DNA of 64,000 nt from Verrucomicrobiia bacterium (GTDB taxonomy: Bacteria; Zixibacteria; MSB-5A5; DSPP01): the NCBI GenBank assembly GCA_035574275.1, contig DATLYY010000007.1:4928-68927 (forward strand), read 5' to 3'. Shown here one piece after another: positions 58,615-64,000 of this stretch. Each line of letters begins with the position of its first letter. Position 1 is the stretch's first letter. The notes beneath the pieces are model-generated. The model searched no databases. It saw nothing but the letters and a program-made list of their open reading frames with translations, and was not told the origin of the DNA. Position numbers and translations under genes: made by a program.

Positions 58615-59300
58615 TGTTAATCCATATTCGCAATCTCTGGAAAACGTACGATATGGGGCAGGCCGTTCAGGTGCAGGCCCTGCGGGGGGTGGACTTGGAC
58701 ATCGAACGGGGGGAATACATCGCCATTATGGGCCCTTCCGGTTCGGGAAAGTCGACACTGATGAATCTAATCGGCTGTCTGGACACTCCCTCGGAAGGAA
58801 CCTACGAGCTGAACGGCCGGATGGTCTCCCAGCTTTCGGATGACGAGCTGGCCTTCATCCGGAACAAGGAGATCGGCTTCGTCTTTCAGACCTTCAACTT
58901 GCTGGCCCGGGCGACGGCCTTGCACAACGTCGAACTTCCCCTGATTTACAACGGCACTCCGGCCGGGGAGCGGAAGAAAAAAGCGCAGCAGGCCCTGGCG
59001 GCGGTCGATTTAACCGACCGGGCGCATCACAAGCCGAACGAACTCTCCGGCGGGCAGCGGCAAAGAGTAGCCATCGCCCGCGCGCTGGTGAACAGCCCTT
59101 CGATTATCCTGGCAGACGAGCCGACCGGGAATTTGGACTCCGCCACCGGGGCAGAGATTATGCAGCTTTTCGACCGGCTTCACAAACAAGGGAACACCAT
59201 CATTTTGGTCACCCACGAGCACGACATCGCCGCCTATGCCGAGCGGAGCGTGCATCTGCGGGACGGCAAAATTGAAAAGGACGAACGCCGGGCGGCGTAA
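58614..59300 (+). CDS. ABC transporter ATP-binding protein (MacB/LolD-type)
   Basis: 228 aa. Walker A 'GPSGSGKST', signature '[15 protein letters not shown]', Walker B '[11 protein letters not shown]'. Confidence 0.9.
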   Translation: MLIHIRNLWKTYDMGQAVQVQALRGVDLDIERGEYIAIMGPSGSGKSTLMNLIGCLDTPSEGTYELNGRMVSQLSDDELAFIRNKEIGFVFQTFNLLARATALHNVELPLIYNGTPAGERKKKAQQALAAVDLTDRAHHKPNELSGGQRQRVAIARALVNSPSIILADEPTGNLDSATGAEIMQLFDRLHKQGNTIILVTHEHDIAAYAERSVHLRDGKIEKDERRAA

Positions 59301-59312
59301 GGGTATTGCGAC

Positions 59313-60569
59313 ATGGGAAAACTGAAAACGCCGATTTGGGAAAGCGTTAAAATCTCGCTTACCTCCCTGCGGGCGAATAAGCTCCGCTCTATTTTGACCT
59401 TAGTCGGTGTCATCATCGGCGTCACCTCGATTATAACCATGGTCTCTTTGATTTCCGGTTTCAACAAGCTGGTGGCCGACCAGTTGGCGACTTTGGGCTC
59501 CACGACCTTTATCGTAGAAAAATTCGGCATCATTTTGTCCGACGACGACTGGTTCGACGCCATGAAACGCAAGGATTTGACCTTGGCTGACTACCAGGCG
59601 GTGGTAGCCGGCTGCACGGAATGCGAGGAGGTTGCGCTGCAAAAAGTTTCCAACCGCAAGGTCAAATACGGGCGGGAGCATTTTTCCCGTGTCCCGATTG
59701 TCGGCATCACCCCAAATTACATGAAAGTGGTGGCGCTGGACGACATCGTGGACAAGGGGCAGGGGCGGGTGATCACCGAGTTCGAAAACGACCACCGCCG
59801 GCAGGTGGTGATTTTGGGGCCGGAGCTGACCGACAAATTTTTCCCGATGCTCGACCCGATCGGCAAAAAAGTCAGAATCGGCGACGCCGACTTCACCGTG
59901 GTGGGAGTGCCCAAAAAGCGGGGTTCTTTTCTGGGAGACAACCAGGACCGTTTCGCCGCCATCCCCTTCAGCGTTTATCAAAAATATTTTTCCAACAAGC
60001 TGGAACCCTGGGAAGGGCTTCAGTTTTACATCAAGGCCAGGGATTATCCTTCGATGGAAAAAGCCCAGGATCAGGTGCGGGCCATTCTGCGCGCCCGCCG
60101 TCACGTTCCCTACCACGCCAAGGATGATTTCGGCATGTACACGGCGGAAACCTTGATGGATCTGTTCAAACAGGTGACCACCGGGATTTCCTTCACGCTG
60201 GTAGGCATCGTTTCCATTTCCCTTCTGGTCGGCGGCATCGTGATTATGAACATCATGCTGGTTTCCGTCACCGAGCGGACCCGCGAAGTCGGCGTCCGCA
60301 AGGCCCTCGGCGCCCGCCGCCGCTCGATTTTGTTGCAATTTTTGATTGAATCGGTCACCCTCGCGGTGGTGGGCGGCACAATTGGGATTTTTCTGGGGGT
60401 TTTATTGGCCAAAGTGATTTCCTGGACCACCCCGATACCGGCCGCCATCGAGCCCTGGTCGATAATCGCCGGGCTTTTGGTTTCCACCGGCGTGGGGGTT
60501 TTCTTTGGCGTTTTCCCGGCCGCCAAGGCGGCCCGGCTGGATCCCATCGAGGCGTTGCGTTATGAATAA
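59313..60569 (+). CDS. ABC transporter permease, FtsX/MacB-type (periplasmic domain + 4 TM)
   Basis: 418 aa. MacB_PCD-like periplasmic region between TM1 and TM2. C-terminal FtsX domain. Confidence 0.85.
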   Translation: MGKLKTPIWESVKISLTSLRANKLRSILTLVGVIIGVTSIITMVSLISGFNKLVADQLATLGSTTFIVEKFGIILSDDDWFDAMKRKDLTLADYQAVVAGCTECEEVALQKVSNRKVKYGREHFSRVPIVGITPNYMKVVALDDIVDKGQGRVITEFENDHRRQVVILGPELTDKFFPMLDPIGKKVRIGDADFTVVGVPKKRGSFLGDNQDRFAAIPFSVYQKYFSNKLEPWEGLQFYIKARDYPSMEKAQDQVRAILRARRHVPYHAKDDFGMYTAETLMDLFKQVTTGISFTLVGIVSISLLVGGIVIMNIMLVSVTERTREVGVRKALGARRRSILLQFLIESVTLAVVGGTIGIFLGVLLAKVISWTTPIPAAIEPWSIIAGLLVSTGVGVFFGVFPAAKAARLDPIEALRYE

Positions 60570-61812
60570 ATTCCGCTGGGCGGAGATGCGGGAGGGGATG
60601 GCTCTGGCCTTCGACAGTTTGCGCGCCCACAAAATGCGCTCCTTTTTAACCATGCTCGGAGTTTTCATCGGCGTACTTTCGGTCATCGCCATGGCTTCCA
60701 TCATCGAGGGGCTGAACCGTTCGGTCTCCGACCAGATTCAAAACCTTGGCTCCAATGTTATCTTCGTCACCCGGTTCAAAATTGGTTTTCAATTCGGCGA
60801 CCGTTCGGAAGAGGAGCGGCTGCGCAAGCCGATCACCTTCGAAACCGGCGAGGCAATCAAGGAGTTCTGCCCGGCCGTGGACGCCGTTTCCCCGCAAAAC
60901 TACGTTTTCGTGGACGGCGGCAACGTCGCCAAATACAAGGGAAACACCTTCAAGCGTCCCTCCCTTTTCGGCACCCTGCCGGACTACGAGCGTGTGAACA
61001 ATCACTATGTGGAGCAGGGGCGTTTCATCACCGATATCGACCACCATTTCAAGGCGATGGTCTGCGTCATCGGCGCCGACGTAGCCGAAGCGCTTTTTCC
61101 CAAAATCGAGCCGATCGGCAAGGAGATTTTGGTGAACAACCACAAGTACCGGGTGGTGGGGGTGATGGAGCACCGCAAATCCAATCTGGGGCGAAACTCC
61201 AACAACATCATCGTGCTTCCTTACGGCACCTTCGCCCGGCTGCATCCCTGGGAAAAGGAGCTTCTACTTGTAGTGCGCAGCCGCTCGCTGGAAGAACAGC
61301 AGTTGGCGATGGATCAAATTGAATCCGCCCTGCGCCGCCAGCGGGGGGTTCCCTACAACAAGCCGAACGATTTCGAGCTGGCCACCCAGGAGCAGTTGTT
61401 GGAATCCTTCCGCTCCGTCACGATGGGAATTTTCTTTTTGATGATAGGCATTTCCGGCATTGGGCTTTTGGTCGGCGGCGTCGGCGTGATGAACATCATG
61501 CTCGTTTCGGTCAAGGAGCGCACGCGGGAAATCGGCATCCGCAAGGCGATCGGCGCCAAGCGCAGAAACATCCTCTGGCAGTTTTTGATTGAGGCCGTCA
61601 CCCTTTCCTGCTCCGGCGGCATAGCCGGAATCCTCATCGGCACGGGCATCGCCCTTTTAATCGGTGCCACCACGCCCTTGCCGGCGGCCGTCTCGCCGGT
61701 CTGGGTTTTCATCGGCTTCACCGTATCCGTTTCGGTTGGGCTGGTCTTCGGCATCTACCCCGCCTATCAGGCCGCCAAACTGGACCCAATAGTTGCCTTG
61801 CGGTACGAATAG
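60562..61812 (+). CDS. second ABC transporter permease, FtsX/MacB-type (LolC/LolE-like pair with the upstream gene)
   Basis: Start at MNKFRW (60562) overlaps the upstream stop. Same architecture as the preceding gene, about 35% identical by eye. Confidence 0.85.
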   Translation: MNKFRWAEMREGMALAFDSLRAHKMRSFLTMLGVFIGVLSVIAMASIIEGLNRSVSDQIQNLGSNVIFVTRFKIGFQFGDRSEEERLRKPITFETGEAIKEFCPAVDAVSPQNYVFVDGGNVAKYKGNTFKRPSLFGTLPDYERVNNHYVEQGRFITDIDHHFKAMVCVIGADVAEALFPKIEPIGKEILVNNHKYRVVGVMEHRKSNLGRNSNNIIVLPYGTFARLHPWEKELLLVVRSRSLEEQQLAMDQIESALRRQRGVPYNKPNDFELATQEQLLESFRSVTMGIFFLMIGISGIGLLVGGVGVMNIMLVSVKERTREIGIRKAIGAKRRNILWQFLIEAVTLSCSGGIAGILIGTGIALLIGATTPLPAAVSPVWVFIGFTVSVSVGLVFGIYPAYQAAKLDPIVALRYE

Positions 61813-62577
61813 CTACCGCTTCTTCGCCTTATTCCACAACCTGTCCAATTCCTCCAACTCCATTTCCCCCAAATTCTTCTTTTGCTTTTTTAAACTTGCT
61901 TCGATAAAGGCAAACCGCTTCTCAAATTTCTCCACCGAGATCTTCAACGCCTTTTCGGGGTTAACTTTTAAATGCCGTGAGAGATTTATTGCTGTGAAAA
62001 ACAAATCCCCGATTTCCTCCTCCAATTTTCCCGACTTTTTCTTCAAATCCTTTTCAATTTCCTTTATTTCCTCTTTCAACTTCGGAACCACTTGATTCGC
62101 TTTTTTCCAGTCGAAACCAAACTGCGCCGCTTTTTCCTGTACCCTTTGCGCGCGGAATAAAATCGGCAGGGTTTTTGGTATCGATTCAAGAACGCCCGTT
62201 TCCTTCTCCTTTAACTTTCTTTTTTCCCAGTTTTCCAGCACCTGTGCCGGGGTCAGTTTTTCCTTTTTCCCGAAAACATGCGGATGGCGGCGTATCAGCT
62301 TGTCGGAGATTCCTTTGGCCACCTTCTCAATGTCAAAACGCTTTTTTTCTTTGGCCAACTGGGCGTGGAAAACCACCTGTAAAAGCAAATCTCCCAATTC
62401 CTCTTCCAGTTTCTTGTAATCCTTTTCATAAATCGCCTCAATCGCCTCGTGCGCCTCCTCCACCAAATAGGGGACGAGCGTCTCATGGTTCTGTTTCTTG
62501 TCCCAAGGACATCCCTTCGGCCCCCTTAGCGTGGCCATAATCTGTATCAGCCGCTCCATTTCCGACTTTTTCTTCAT
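61813..62577 (-). CDS. mazG: nucleoside triphosphate pyrophosphohydrolase MazG
   Basis: 254 aa. Tandem MazG domains ('EEAHEAIEAIYE...ELGDLLLQVVFHAQLA' and 'EEIGDLFFTAINLSRHLK'). Confidence 0.88.
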   Translation of the reverse strand: MKKKSEMERLIQIMATLRGPKGCPWDKKQNHETLVPYLVEEAHEAIEAIYEKDYKKLEEELGDLLLQVVFHAQLAKEKKRFDIEKVAKGISDKLIRRHPHVFGKKEKLTPAQVLENWEKRKLKEKETGVLESIPKTLPILFRAQRVQEKAAQFGFDWKKANQVVPKLKEEIKEIEKDLKKKSGKLEEEIGDLFFTAINLSRHLKVNPEKALKISVEKFEKRFAFIEASLKKQKKNLGEMELEELDRLWNKAKKR

Positions 62578-62655
62578 AGGGAACGGAAGTTAGGTTTTTA
62601 AAAGCAAAACCGCCACTTCCTTGACATTCCCGCCATAAAAACTATCCTTTGCAAA

Positions 62656-64000
62656 ATGGAGATTTTGCCCAAACAATACGATTTCGCCGCCGCCCGGCAG
62701 CGCTGGAATCTCTTTTGGAGAGAGGCGAAAATCTTTGAGCCGGACTTGAACACCAAAAAGCCGGTCTATTCCATCGTCGTGCCGCCCCCCAACGTCACCT
62801 CCATTCTGCACATCGGCCATGCCTTAAACGCCACCCTGCAGGATATCCTCATCCGCTGGAAAAAACTTTCCGGTTTCGAGGTCGAATGGCTTCCCGGGGT
62901 GGACCACGCCAGTATCGCCACCGAGGTGATGGTGGGGAAGGAGCTGCGCAAGCAGGGAATAAACAAGCAGGATTTGGGACGGGAGAAATTCCTGGAGCAC
63001 GCCTGGGCCTGGAAAAACAAATACGGAGATGCCATCGTCAACCAGTTCAAGGAAATGGGCTGCGGCTTGGACTGGAGCCGGCTGCGCTTTACGATGGACC
63101 CCGGCGCCTCCCGCGCCGTGATGGAGGTTTTCGTCCGGCTTTTCAACAAGGGGTTGATTTACCGCGGCAACTACATCATCAACTGGTGCCCGACGGACAA
63201 AACCTCCCTTTCCGACGATGAGGTCGAAACCAAAGAAGAGGATTCCTCCCTCTGGTACGTCCGCTATCCGGTGGAGGGTAGCAAGGAGTTTATCGTTGTC
63301 GCCACCGCCCGGCCGGAAACGATAATGGGGGATACTGCCATCGCCGTCCATCCGGAAAATCCGCGCTTCAAACATTTGATTGGCAAGAAAGCCATCGTTC
63401 CCTTCGTCAACCGAACCGTCCCGATTCTGGCGGAAACCTACGTCGATTTGGAATTCGGCACGGGGGCCTTGAAAATCACGCCGGCCCATGATCCTAACGA
63501 TTTTCAGCTCGGTCAGAAACACAAACTGCCGACGGTCAACATTTTGAATCCGGATGGAACCTTGAACGCCGAGGCCGGGCCGTTTGCCGGGCAGGAACGA
63601 TTCGAGGCCCGCAGGCAAGTAGTGAAGGCACTCGAAGAAAAAGGGCTTTTGGAAAAAATCGAGCCGTATCACCATTCGGTCGGCATCTGTTATCGCTGCA
63701 ACACGGTGGTCGAGCCGTATCTATCCGAGCAGTGGTTCGTAAAAATGCAGCCCTTGGCCCTTCCGGCTCTGAAAGTTTACGAGGAAGGAAAACTCCGCTT
63801 TCATCCGCCCCATTGGGGCTCGGTCTATTCCCATTGGTTGAATAACATCCGCGACTGGTGCATTTCCCGCCAGCTCTGGTGGGGGCATCGCATTCCAGTT
63901 TACTACTGCGACTGCGGCGAAACGTTTGTCTCGGTCGAGACACCTAAAAATTGTCCTAAGTGTAAATCGACCCGATTCCGGCAGGATGAAGACGTTCTGG
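62656..64000 (+). CDS. valS: valyl-tRNA synthetase (3'-partial; continues beyond the window end; not in the ORF track because no stop is reached)
   Basis: N-terminal 'PPPNVTSILHIGHALNATLQD' HIGH motif, 'WCPTDKTSLSDDEV', CP1 editing-domain start. Class I aaRS with clear ValS similarity. Confidence 0.88.
   Translation, partial: MEILPKQYDFAAARQRWNLFWREAKIFEPDLNTKKPVYSIVVPPPNVTSILHIGHALNATLQDILIRWKKLSGFEVEWLPGVDHASIATEVMVGKELRKQGINKQDLGREKFLEHAWAWKNKYGDAIVNQFKEMGCGLDWSRLRFTMDPGASRAVMEVFVRLFNKGLIYRGNYIINWCPTDKTSLSDDEVETKEEDSSLWYVRYPVEGSKEFIVVATARPETIMGDTAIAVHPENPRFKHLIGKKAIVPFVNRTVPILAETYVDLEFGTGALKITPAHDPNDFQLGQKHKLPTVNILNPDGTLNAEAGPFAGQERFEARRQVVKALEEKGLLEKIEPYHHSVGICYRCNTVVEPYLSEQWFVKMQPLALPALKVYEEGKLRFHPPHWGSVYSHWLNNIRDWCISRQLWWGHRIPVYYCDCGETFVSVETPKNCPKCKSTRFRQDEDVL

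Noticed and set aside
62824-63675. 283-aa minus-strand ORF and several small plus-frame ORFs in 62886-63221
   Set aside because: They overlap the clearly recognisable valS N-terminus (HIGH motif) on the plus strand.
1-64000. CRISPR arrays, IS elements or transposases, rRNA genes
   Set aside because: No regularly spaced direct repeats, no transposase-like ORFs or terminal inverted repeats, and no rRNA-like conserved stretches were seen. The only notable repeat is the 46-nt pair at 51653 and 54930.

Overview
This is a 64 kb high-GC (about 58-60%), very gene-dense bacterial chromosomal segment. Many genes are separated by 0-6 nt or overlap at ATGA/GTGA junctions. A long co-directional minus-strand gene train runs from about 9.1 to 27.9 kb. 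Outer-membrane and periplasmic components (TolC, MacA-like adaptor, MurJ, type IV pilus genes) indicate a diderm organism. Gene content (MglA/MglB, H+-PPase, SufU) suggests an uncultured lineage, possibly a delta-proteobacteria-like or candidate phylum. In order, the window holds: the 3' half of a SUF Fe-S cluster operon (sufD-sufS-sufU-sufA-sufT); a LacD-like aldolase; the cell-shape module mreC-mreD-mrdA-rodA; ptsN and a Trm112-like mini-ORF; accA; a six-gene membrane glycosylation cluster (WecA-like PNPT, three GT2, a YfhO-like GT-C, a flippase-like protein); a central-metabolism run (icd-mdh-ndk-sucD-sucC); cca; arcC with a CPGS-like P-loop protein and an ALDH; ferredoxin + geranylgeranyl-reductase-family oxidoreductase; rpsT; murJ; comEC; a type IV pilus/polarity locus (DUF4388 protein, four roadblock/LC7-domain proteins, mglA, mglB, pilB, pilT, pilC, a PilS-like histidine kinase, and two minor-pilin-like genes on the opposite strand); a H+-translocating pyrophosphatase; a roughly 3.3 kb lower-GC islet bounded by a 46-nt direct repeat; a Yip1 membrane protein; a TolC/MacA/MacB(LolCDE-like) efflux operon; mazG; and the 5' part of valS. 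The most unusual items are (i) an MglA GTPase carrying a roughly 160-aa disordered tail that ends in a MinD-like amphipathic membrane-targeting sequence, embedded among four roadblock-domain proteins, and (ii) the low-GC islet encoding a lipoprotein with a Cys/Gly-rich hydrophobic C-terminus, a small two-TM protein and a TPR-Fis-HTH regulator, flanked by palindrome-containing repeats. No rRNA, tRNA or CRISPR was detected by eye.
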